Shown one piece after another: positions 1-11,600 of a DNA stretch of 64,000 nt. Position 1 is the stretch's first letter. Each line of letters starts with the position of its first letter. The DNA lies in NCBI RefSeq assembly GCF_032062105.1, contig NW_026940780.1, positions 1-64,000 on the forward strand. Direction: 5' to 3'. The notes below the pieces were generated by a model. The model ran no database searches and was not told the origin of the DNA. It saw only the letters and a program-made list of their open reading frames with translations. A program made the translations under genes and the position numbers. This stretch comes from Saccostrea cucullata. Lineage: Eukaryota.

Positions 1-432
1 CATGTGGTGTGCACTTTGAGTGGTTCATAATTTTTTTTTATATTAACAGTTATATTTATTCACAATTTGTAATTTATGACAAACTATATGCAATGTCATA
101 AGGAAAACATTTACCAAATGGTAAATTTCAAGTCATATAGGTACAGGATATAGACATAGCTTCGGATAAGTTCATCATATCAAGGCCTATTAGTTGGACT
201 CTTGATAAACATTTCCAATTTAAACTATCTACACAGTGTTTCTAACTTTTACATGTATTTTCAAATTAACATACTTTTTTCGTACATTACTTGTAATTTC
301 TTGTCAAACTGTTGATAATACTTCATTGACAATAAAAAAAAGCAACATTTAACTTCAGAATTTTTTTTAATTTCTGTGTGGAAACAAGAATTATTTAGAG
401 GTAATACATAGCCTGCTCTTTCTCCGAAACAT

Positions 433-1104
433 TTAGTGTATTTTCCATCCAGAAAAGGATGAGTATGTACCATATGCATAAAAGCTTGAAGTTCCAGATG
501 TAACCCAGACCTGGTTGTTTTTGTTAAGCCATATTGTAATGGTAGAACCACATTGCGCATAGGTTTTCTGGCAATAAGTTTGATGATAGGTTGATCCATC
601 TTTCATCAGCCTTGAGTTTCCGTAATAGCTTTTGTGAGTGGCAATGCTCCAGGAGAAAACATACAAGCCAGCTGATGGGGCCGTGAAACGGTAGTTACTG
701 GTGCTGAAAGCGTTGCCATGGTTGATTTTGACTGAATTAAATCGTAACACAGACCCAGAGCTGTAGGACCGCGAACTTGTTGGCACAGCAGTGAAAGCTA
801 CGTCATTTCTGTGTGACCCTGTTTTAAATGGATTATTTCTTTAAAATATGTTCTGAATTTCATTAATATGACTTCCATTCTAATATTTTTAGCATTTAAT
901 TTTGTATATATACAAAAATGTTAATGACGGAGAGATATCAATGTATTTACATTTACCTATATCACCAACTTTTGAGGCTAAATCAAGACCATGTTGAAGC
1001 GTTTCTGCTTGTTTCATTAGATTTGTAAGCAAACTTTTCCCTGAAACCATGCAGTTCCACGAGCATATGAACAGGATGAAAGTCAGAACTGTCAAATCCT
1101 GCAT
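433..1104 (-). CDS. Secreted C1q-domain-containing protein (globular C1q, no collagen), 2 coding exons, ~177 aa
   Basis: Exons 1104-957 (MQDLTVLTFILFICSWNCMVSG signal peptide...LDLASKVGDI, donor G|gtaaat) and 818-433 (ag|GG, phase 1) total 534 nt in frame. gC1q motifs VAFTA, LRFNSVKINHGNAFSTSNYRFTAPSAGLYVFSW, LNKNNQVWV, YSSFSGWKI. Probable non-coding 5' exon with donor at ~1318. Confidence 0.9.
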
Positions 1105-1368
1105 CTTATTGTACCCTGCAGCAAGGGATATTAAAAATACAAACATTAAAATTGATATTTCTTTCATGTATACCGGTATATAATACCGGTATATGAAAAT
1201 CTTTAATTCCTTGACTAGATCACAATTTAAAATTTACTTTAATCAGAATAAATTTGTATTTTTTAACTTTAAAAAGATAAATGATAAAGAAGTTATTTTG
1301 AGAAGAAAAGTATCTTACTGGTAAAATGTTTTCCCTTTCCTGAGGCTGATAGAGTACTTTCAGAGCCA

Positions 1369-1377
1369 TTTTATATA
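1369..1377 (-). promoter_or_regulatory. Candidate TATA box of the - strand C1q gene
   Basis: CTATATAAAA on the - strand lies ~50 bp upstream of a gtaag donor at ~1318 that would splice to the acceptor at ~1116. Confidence 0.4.
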
Positions 1378-2024
1378 GTTTGGTATATATTTGTCTGTAA
1401 ATAGTACAGTCATTGAGTTATTTACTTTGTCATGTTGTTTATAGGTTCTCATACCAATTAACAAATATCAAAATGCACTACAAGACAGCTGTTGCTAATG
1501 CTGAGAGGTTTTTCAATTGTTTCAAATAATACCGCCATGTTCCTGGTTTACAGGTTGCCGGTGCCAAGACATGACTAGTTCATTATACATGTAGGTAGAC
1601 ATTTTACCCACAAATCATATCTGAAACATGTTGAACGCCTCTTGTAGCTGCAGTGCTTGATTTATGCTCTCTTAAAATACTGTTCCAATAGTTTTAAAAA
1701 TTATCATATGTGCTTTTTCAATGAAATATGAGGGTATAAAAGATACTAGTATATAAATTTATATTTCTACAAATCTATATTTTTTCTTTCTATTGAACCA
1801 ACTCTACCACTGTGAAATAAGGTAAAATATTTGTTATCATTAATTAAATGTATGAAAAAGAGACCAATGGAATATACTAATCATTTATTAATCATTAAAA
1901 ACTTTTGTGTTTTCAAAACATAAGGCAATCAAAATTTCTATCGTATGTATCATGTTATTTAATAAGCTATTAAAACACTTCATTAGTTTCCAGTTTAGGA
2001 ATAAAATCAAGGACATAAGCTAAA

Positions 2025-2953
2025 ATGAGGAACGTTTTCCTGTTTTTATGGATCTGCATTTTGGTCTCTTCCAAAAAGGCGGAAGGATAGAAGTTTGATG
2101 GCCCACTAAATGCGACAAGCCGGGAATTTGAAACATGGTTTAGACCTAGCAGCGCGAGTTGGCGATATCGGTACTTTGGTTATGTTTATTAATTTTAATT
2201 GTATTAACGATTTAAAAACAGGCAAATGTTGTGTTTTGTACATATGCTTCTTCCGCTAGAGATTGTTTCCCATGTACTCTTCTCATCAATTAAAATGTTT
2301 GTTTCAAACATCTGAACGCTGACTTTCCTCCACTTGTTGAAACTTTATGCATAAAAGAATATTATAACGGCAACATAGATAATCCAAAGTATCCGAATGC
2401 AAAGAAAACGTCATAATTGTATTTAGACTATTTTTAAAAGTTGATAGTTAAAAGGATACTTTGATGGTATATCTTTAGATACACCCCCTCCCCCGTGTGA
2501 TATTAAACGTACGTTGATCAAACTGTATATTCATTTTCTTTCCATATGATATCTTTAGGTTCGCACAAAAATGATGTTGCATTCACTGCAGTCACTTCGA
2601 GTACTACAAATTACAGAAGTGGCCGTACTATAGCCTTCAACAGAATGCTTTTAAACCATGGAAACGCTTATAGTACCAGCAACTACCGGTTCACTGCACC
2701 ATCTGAGGGCCTTTATGTACTATTTTCCTGGTCACTAGCTATATCATCAGGAAGCTATAATGGCAACGTAAACTTGATACGAAATGGTAGTGTTTACCAC
2801 AGTACCACTTGTGTCAGTACATGCCAGCAGTGTGGGAGTACCGTGACTATGTGGCTGGGAAAGAACAACCAAGTCTGGATTCAGACGAGAAACAGGAATG
2901 TGTACGTCTACGGTACCTACTCCTCTTTCTCTGGTTGGAAAACACACTGGTGA
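2025..2953 (+). pseudogene. C1q-domain paralog with a disrupted first exon (pseudogene or signal-less allele)
   Basis: Exon 1 (2025-2170) reads MRNVFLFLWICILVSSKKAEG then TAG (2088-2090, caused by a 1-nt insertion). The shifted frame reads RSLMAH*MRQAGNLKHGLDLAARVGDI, matching the neighbour's KSLLTNLMKQAETLQHGLDLASKVGDI, with TAA at 2107-2109. Exon 2 (2559-2953) is an intact gC1q domain (VAFTA...FTAPSEGLY...YSSFSGW). Confidence 0.8.
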
Positions 2954-3254
2954 AAAGTACATGTTTATATATATCCTCTTCATGGCAGATTACAAATAAA
3001 TGATTTCCAAGAAAAGAAAATATGTATATTTTTAATTTTAATTTCATTATGAAGTCATTCATGTATAACACCTAAAAATACGCTCAAATTTAATTGCATG
3101 TACTTCATATCATTGATAGATATGAAAAATACATGTTATATTTCATTGTCGTTGTGTGTAGGATATACATGAAAAAACAAGGAATTTTTTTTTTAATTTA
3201 TGAATGTACATTTGAATAAGGTTAACGTTCTTTTTTGGTACACTTAATGTAAAT

Positions 3255-4537
3255 TTACTTGTCTGTGTTCACATAATGTGAATCTCTCTCCTTAAGAACT
3301 CTTCTCTCACAATCTTCATCAATGTTTTCATCAATTATATCTACATATACATGATCACTTTTATTTTTTTCCTGTTCCAAGCGAATTTCTTCGTTATGGC
3401 TCTCATTAATCTGTGCGTTTCCCTGTACTAATTCAAAAACTTGGTTGTTTTCTAATATGGCTCTATTGCTTTGAACATTTTGCGATTCTCCTTCCTGGTA
3501 CTGAGTGTTACCATTAAAAACGGGGGATAAGTATGTCGGGTCGCTGTGGAACCCTCTTCGGTGGTCTTGATGGATCATCAACTCTTGCTCTTCGATTCCA
3601 AAATGAAGACCTTTGTAATGGACATGGTCATTTATAATGCCATGGCTTTGTAAGTTTGTTGAAGATCTTCGGAAACATTTCTGATAAAAATATGTTATTG
3701 CAAATATTCCAAAGAACAATACGAAAAGACCCACGAGACCCACAATTATATACACTATGAAACCATTTCCCAAGATTGGAATTTTGGCTTCATTCGTAGA
3801 CAGGTTCTTTAAAATTGTTTCCGCAGGGGATGACAAAACATATGTTGTTGAGAAAGTTTCTTTCTTTTCATTTTGAGAAATTGAAGTGTGTAATGATGCA
3901 GAACTTTTTCCACTTGTCAAGTTTGTTATTAACTTATACGTATGAACTCTTGCAGTTGAAATCTCCGTTGAAATCGAAGAGGCTGGATTATTTAAAAAAA
4001 ACAACAAAAACAGAAATAATAATTTATAAGTATCTGAGCCTAATTTATGATTAACTTGATATCAAGAATGTAATTGAACAAGATATTGTATTTCTTACCA
4101 GTTATAGAGATGCATCCTATAACAAAATCACACAGGTGAAAATCACAAGAACATACGTATTGGCAGTCTTCTCCATAACTAGGAACCGGACATTTCTGTG
4201 TACATTTTTCTCCATAAAACCCAAGAGGACATTCTGTAATTTTTATTCTTATTTAATTTTACAATGATCTCTTTTCGACAATTTACGACTAATGAAACAG
4301 TCTTGAATGCTTACTTTCACATTTTCCAGTGGAAATATTCAAAGTATATCCAGCACAGCATACAGATCCACCAACAGTTCTAAAAGTTATAAACATGATT
4401 ATTTGTTAAAGGAAAATTTCTAAAACTAAAACTAAAGTAATCTATTTGATAATTATATAGAGGAAAGCTTACCCTAAACAAGTAGGTTTTACCAAGTAAA
4501 TACATCTACAAAATATAATGGTAACAAGTATAAACAT
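3255..4537 (-). CDS. Small type-I membrane protein with CCxGY motif, EGF-like module and Tyr/ITIM-like tail (MEGF10/SREC/Nimrod-like), copy A1, ~330 aa
   Basis: Exons 4537-4473 (MFILVTIIFCRCIYLVKPTCLG), 4379-4315 (TVGGSVCCAGYTLNISTGKCE), 4233-4099 (CPLGFYGEKCTQKCPVPSYGEDCQYVCSCDFHLCDFVIGC) and 3982-3255 (S/T stalk, TM IVYIIVGLVGLFVLFFGIFAITYFY, tail VHYKGL, TYLSPV, HVYVDII, HYVN). All junctions are GT-AG with phases 2,1,1. Confidence 0.88.
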
Positions 4538-4783
4538 TATTACAATTAATTAACACATACAATATACTAATAAATTTATTGCCGTGTTTAATGATAGCCT
4601 GTTTCCTGTTATAATTCAAACTGCATTTTCTAAATATATCCCCCCAAACCAGCGCTAAGTATTGCTTAATGAATAGTTGACTTAAACATTCTAAATCAGA
4701 ATGATATTAGCACATGCATGTACCTCAATTGAAATCCTTTAAAGTTAAATAATGCTAGTAAATTCATGACATTTTCCATATAA

Positions 4784-5364
4784 AGGAGCACGTGTGGGAT
4801 TTAGGTTAAGTATTAGATGGGGTTTCAACTCCAAAGCATGAGTTTGCATTTGGAAAATATATTGGTTAATATTATATGCTAATGAATTCTAAGGGGCAAA
4901 ATGACACGCGCACGTGTTGTAAGAATGTATTACCTTACAATTTAGTGCAATAGGCTGTGTGAAAACATTACGGATTGTGCTAAAACTTCTGGACAGTTCA
5001 ATCGACTAGGGAATGTTGTGGTATTGCTGATATTCTTTGCTTTTTAATTTTCAAAAACGGATATTTAAAGCTCATTTTAAGAATGATAGATAAAGATTGA
5101 AACAAAAACAATCCATGCAATTTTTTCTCCTTTAACAATCTCAATTTCTGTATGAAATGTAAACTTTTGTGGCAAATTCTACTTTGTCTAACGGGGTTTC
5201 AAGGTTTGCTAGCAAAGGGGTTTTAACTCAAAGTCTTTCTGCAGTCGACAGAAATTGGCAAATTTTGTTAGCACAATCTGAAACATTTCTTAACAGCCTA
5301 CAACACTAAATTGAAAGTTGAACCCACATGCATATGATTCTTAACCGAAACCCCACATGTCCCC
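4784..5364. mobile_element. Degenerate non-autonomous TIR element (possibly TTAA-type, Kolobok-like)
   Basis: Left aaggagcacgtgtgggatttaggttaag is an imperfect inverse of right cttaaccgaaaccccacatgtcccc, which is followed by TTAA. Confidence 0.5.
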
Positions 5365-7000
5365 TTAACATGGTGATCAGACAAAGCCTTCCTTTTGATA
5401 CCAACAAAACTGATTGTTTTATCCTGACCATGGGGTTTAGTACACGTTTTAAGAACATTTTTCATAACTTTTGAACAGTTGGGATAATTTAAGGCTTTTA
5501 TATTTCAAGTGTATTTTTCTTATGACGAGGCCTTTTCCTTGGTACCTCTACCATGACCCTTTGAACTTGACCCTTGGCGACAACTTTTAATGATTACAGA
5601 ATTTTTAGATGAGAATTACACTCATATACTATTAGTTTGCCTGTATACCTTGTCTACATTTTTTCTCTTCCTTTCCTTAATGGCAACACCTTCCCACCTG
5701 TCTTTAGTTTAATTGTAACCCGTATTAAGACTGGTCATCAATGCCAGGAAAATGCTAACCCGAAGCTCATTGTGCTACAGATGAGAAAATTTAAAGGAAA
5801 GTATTTCCAAATTATTGTAAAATTTTCTTTGATGTTGAACATTAATGAAAATTATATATTTTATGATAATTATTCACAATTCTGTAGGTATTATTTTTGT
5901 TAATCTGCAACGGTTAAGCTCTGTATGTCAGAAGACCAGCTGAAGAATAATCTTGCACTTACTTGAAATGAGAGTTATAAATACCAAATAGACATTCTGA
6001 TCATAAGATAGTAACTGAATAAGAAGAATTTAAATGATAGTCGGAAGTTGAGGTGTCAAATACTCATCTACATTCCTATAAAACTGTTGTTGTATCGTAA
6101 TGTCATATCTTTATTCTCCACATAATTCGTATTTTGCCTTTAAAAATACACATAAGGGTCTTTATTGTCGAGATACTGGCATTTGCTTTTCCAGTTTAAC
6201 TATGCACATATTAAGTCAGGTGTGCAATGACTTAAATAGAACATGGATCACAAAAGTAGTCTGAAAAATAGAACTCGGTCATTGTCGGGTGCATATTAAT
6301 GAAGCGTATACATATTTTTTTTTATTTTTGTGTCTTCTTACTTCTCGAGAGAGAGAAAAAGAGAGAGAACATTTGATATATAAACGATTAAAAAACTAGT
6401 GAACAAACATCGATGTAGGTAGAGTACGTATATCTCAACAAACAAATGCATGATTTTTCTGATAAGAATATACCTGTATGAACTGTTTGCGTCTGCGCAA
6501 TGGTGACAAATAGTGAGGAAAAATGGACTCCTCTTGACATTATCTTTTTGATTAGGTAAATTTGATTTTTTTGCAAGAAAAGTTTACAAATTACATAAGA
6601 ATTTTTACTTAATGTCTTTTGTTAACTTATTTGTCTAATGTCTTATGAAGTGTTATTCTTTTTTTGCGATCCCACTACTTTCACTTTGAAAATCCCATTT
6701 TGTTTTTTCAATATCTCTTAAGAAAATTTGATTTCTATTTCCAATCCCAAAATAAAATAGAGAAAACAAAGGGTATTATGTAGATTCTATTAACTTGCCT
6801 AAATACCTTTATAACATGTTCAACCTATTCATAGTCACATTGACTTCTATTTAGAGGTGACATATAAGCTAGTGACCATAATAAATTATGTAGAAATTGT
6901 TGAAAAATTTTAGAAGTAAGTTAGTAAAAGAATGAAAGAGATGGACAACATTTTGTGTTTGCACTCTCAAATACTGTTTGAACATTACATAATTATTTTA

Positions 7001-7458
7001 CAGTGCAGGGAAATAATTTTGTTACAGCATCAATGCTGATTTTGATGCTTCCTATGCTTGCTGATTTTGATGCTTCCTTTGCTTGCTGATTTTGATGCTA
7101 GTTATCCTTATCCTGATCCTGGTTTGATCCTTATCCTGATGCTGGTTTGAAACTAGGTCAGGGCTAGTAATGCTACCAGAAGTAGGATTATCCTGCCGGA
7201 AGTAGATAATTCAAAAACAGCATCGCTATTTTAAGCCATCAAAAAAGTTTTTGGGATTATTTTTATTTGTAATTTGTATTAGATGACTTTCCTTTGTCTG
7301 TTTTCACTTTGGTCAATGCTAGTTCTATCCTTTGCTTGCTGATGCTGATCCAAGTAATGCTGTTTTTTAAAATGCTGATGCTGATGCTAGTTCTATTCTG
7401 ATCCTACTTATGCTGATCCTGATGCTGGTTTATGTAACAAAATTAGTTCCCTGCACTG
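7001..7458. mobile_element. Tc1/mariner-type MITE
   Basis: TA | CAGTGCAGGGAAATAATTTTGTTACA ... TGTAACAAAATTAGTTCCCTGCACTG | TA, with internal (TGCTGA)-like tandem repeats. Confidence 0.85.
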
Positions 7459-7655
7459 TATGTATTTACATAAATAGTCTGAAACCATGCTCGGCTTTAA
7501 TTATTCGTCCTTGAAAGGTAAACTAGTTACATTCGTATATGAAAATGGTAGTTGAATTAAAGATTATAAAATAGGTCATTTATACACTGTAGAAATGTAA
7601 TGAAAAGGAAAAAATATCTTTACAGCTGAGGTAAACGCGAATGTGAGAGAAAGAC

Positions 7656-8587
7656 ATGAAGCACTGGATAATAAGTTGTTTAATTATATTATTCCTTCAG
7701 CTTGATTTAAAGGTGAGGACTTCTTATTTTCCTTTTTTGTTTTCTTTGAAGTTCAAGTTCATTTCTTATTTCTTTGCGTCATTCGACTCATCAGGTTACA
7801 TAATACATTTACTAAACATATATACAATAATAAAAAAAACAATATGATAGTGAGCATACTCCGTAATCAATAAATAGCAAGTTAACTACATTGTATGTAT
7901 AGGATGTGCTTTCACAGGCATTCGTTATTATGAAACACTTTTAAAAAACTACAAATGATTTATTCTTGTAATGGAAAACTGATATAGATTATAAGGTTAT
8001 ATAGTTTTTAAACACTGGGTTTCCCATAGTAATATATTTCTTTTAAATATTCAATTTGAGATAAATTAAAATGATAAAAAGGACATTTTTCATGAGTTAT
8101 ATCATTTAGCAAATTCCTTCATCGTAAACTAATTATCTCTTCAATGTTACATGTAACTGTAATATTTGCTACAATGTACTTATAATTGATTCTTCATTGA
8201 AAATATTTTTACCGTACATTTAATAATTTTTTTTATTTTATCTAAAAGGCTTCATTTTAGTATTTTTTTCATAGATCGTTCTTACATCTTAATTTTAACT
8301 TTAGCTAAACGTCTTCGTGTATGAACTTCTGTGCTTTGAGAAAAGTTAACAATCTAGAAAATAATTCCTAACTGGGAGAAAATGAACTAATTACGTATGT
8401 GTAGTAAACTGTCTGAGGTTTAAGCTTGTAATTTATTATTTATTCCTATGTGATGATGTTTACCAGTTTACTATAAAAATAAATATTCTATTGGAAGTTT
8501 TGTGTGGAAGATTTCTATATACCTAAATACGACAATTTTTTTTTTCAGTTTGTAAAATGCTATCAAATTTCAATATATACAACAGTA

Positions 8588-8622
<35 letters not shown>

Positions 8623-11600
8623 TTTTTAGGTTAACAAATTGATGCGTTTTCATTCAGTTCCTGCTTGTTCAAAGCCAACTCAAAGAATGTCCAGAATCGG
8701 TGCAAACAGTAGAAGTTGTTGATGCTTGCCCAACAACCGAGGCTGAGGTGAAGGAAGCAGCAAAGCTTAAAAACTGTTCTTTTTATGCAGAAAGACAAAC
8801 CTGCTCACATGAATCAAAATTCAAATACCACTGCGTTATTAATGTATTTGTAAACGCAACAATCTCAGTATGTGCGCCAGAGTGGAACATAAAAGGTATA
8901 AGATTCCGGAGAATATATCATATTTTTTATTTACTAAATTATCAAATGATATGACCGATTCATAAATTCAACATAGTAATTTACAATATTGCTACTTTAT
9001 TTTAACTAGAAAAGCATATCTATTTCTATCCTTATAACAAATATGATAATATTATACTAAAATGAATAACATGATAAGCATTTTTTCAACTTTTCTTTTA
9101 GGCTTTTGCACAGAATATAATATTCAAGGCAAGAGAATACAAGATCACTACAAACTGAGATGTACAAACCATACACCAAGCTGTCCAGGACTATATCCTT
9201 CAACTGACGCCTATAAATGTAATAATTGTATTATTGATTTTACTTGTAATCAAACTAAGCAATTACTTGTTAAATATAATACTAATTATCAATGCCTATG
9301 AAAGGAGAATATAAATAATAGAAATAATTTATATAGCTATGTTTTATAATAGAAATATTATATTTGTCTGGTGCCTTATTCTCTGTCACCTTTGTGTATA
9401 TACATGTTTGTACATATAGGGTAGTTTTCTATCTATGTTAAGACTATATGAGCATTATTTTTTATAAAAAGAATTACGCACAGGAAGAATAAAAATTATA
9501 AGTATAATCTGACGAACTACATTCTAAATGTGAAAATAAAACAAACTATAGGGATTATACATTTTGTGTAACCCATTTTATTATTTCAATGATATGATTT
9601 CAATGTAGATTACTTATTGAGTATTGTGTACCATTGACTTCTAATAATATTTGAAAAAAAATTATCTCGTGTCTGATTTTTTTTTATTAAAGATCCATCA
9701 TGCTATGAAATTGTATACGCAAAACGAACAAAAGTGACAACAACACCAGTTCTCCAGGATGACGATTCAGAGGCCTTATCACCGTAAGTAAAAAAAAAGT
9801 TACATGTAAGGAAATACCGGGTAAATCTTTATTACCCATAAAAAATTCTATCACTTTACTGATTCATGTATTTTATCCTTCAGTGGTGAAATAGGTGGAG
9901 TTGTAGTATTGATATTCGTTGTTATATGTGGTGTTGTTGCTGGGATTCTCTTCATTTTCGTCAGAAGAAGGAAAAGTAAAAGTAAGTTGATTTTAAGAAT
10001 TGCGTCTTTCATGCGAGTTTAGGCGTATGACACTAAAATCAACTGCTTTACTTCTTAACCTTATTTAAATAGGGTGGGGTATTTCTAAAGAGTTGCAAGA
10101 TCTCATGCAAGACATATATATTCTTATATGTAAAGTTTCAAATGTTTAGAACAAGCTGAATAGGTATTGTTGAAGATACAAGCATTTAGTAATTAGTAAT
10201 TATAATAATAATCATGTTGAATTGTGTCCATTTAAGAAAAAAAATTATATTTGTCTAGAGTCAAAGGTGGACAAGAAAGATAATGCTGCTTCTATATAAA
10301 CATCACACAGCTTTAGACTCTAATTTGTTTGACTATTTTCTTGTTGAGACTTTATTTATTTTCATGTCTTTCCTTGGAACTCATTTTTTTTAACGTTTAT
10401 GAAGACACTTTTCTGATAATTCCTTTATATTTTACAAAAGACACAAGACTATAGGGTAAAGCTAAGTTATATTTTTTTTGCTTTTTTACCTAGAAAAAAG
10501 AGTAAGTTTAACATAAATCTTTCATATTCCTAAAAACTACAATTTTAGGACAAAAATTGAGTATTCCAACAGCCCAAGAGTCGATGCACTTGGTGCCAAA
10601 TGATGGTAAGGTCCATATATCATTTATTTCATTTAGAAAAAAAATGGAGTTTTATAATTTCTCATCTTTCACCTCCCTTTTGTCAAATTGATAGTGCTTC
10701 GTTTCCAAAGTTACGCTTTATATATACTTTGTTTTGCATTAAAAAGGAATTGAGATGTAATGTGAACTGCTCATATTCTTGACTTTGTAGACGAAGCAGT
10801 AACTGAAAATCAAGAAACGAAAGGTAAGAGTTTGAAAATAAACCATCATAAGGCAATTAAAAAAATTATATAATTTTATTTTGAGAATGTACCCAGTTAA
10901 AAGTTAGGAGGGCTGTTCAATAAATAATGTCCTGAACTGTATGAGAGATACAGATATCATATGACATTAAACTTGAGTTTCTCTCATTATTGTATCTTTA
11001 CTGAATTTATAATAGTTTATGTGACCACTTTTCATCACATAGTTTCATCGTGAGAAGCTGGGAAACAAGGGCTATTCGAGACACTGCATTATAAATGAAT
11101 GGTAACGAATAAGTAAACTGGAGTGAAAACAAAGGCTACATTAAAGCTGCTGTAAAACTTGTTAAAAATTCCAAAGAAATATTCACTGAAATATGTGTCA
11201 TTTACATCAACCCATGCCTGTTTTATAGACAAATGAGCAGATTTATTTCAATGATAAAAATTATATAATGGGCGTCAAAACGGATGCCCTCCTGGCCAAT
11301 AAAAATTAAAAAACGTATGTACTGCTTGCCAAATTTCAACAAATAATATTTGATGATGTACATGTATGATTGACTTTAAGACACATAGCAAATTTGATAG
11401 ACATCATATCGAGAGTAATTAATACTGTTTTAAAGAAACGTTTGACAGTAAAAAAAAAAAGGTACTCAAAGGTCACCCTTTGTTTTAAAAAATGAGTGAA
11501 AACGACAGCATGTAGGAATGTCTTAACAATTATTTTAAAATATCAGTAATTGTAGTTATCCACGTTTGTTTTATATTTAAACAGATATTGGAACATGAAT

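Noticed and set aside
889-1167. 92-aa ORF as a complete gene
   Set aside because: Only 957-1104 is exonic (C1q exon 1); both ends run into intron or UTR sequence.
10494-10501. 8-nt micro-exon (ag|AAAAAAGA|gtaag) in B1
   Set aside because: It would shift the frame into a stop in the next exon and leave a 47-nt intron. Excluded from the model, though a truncating isoform cannot be ruled out.
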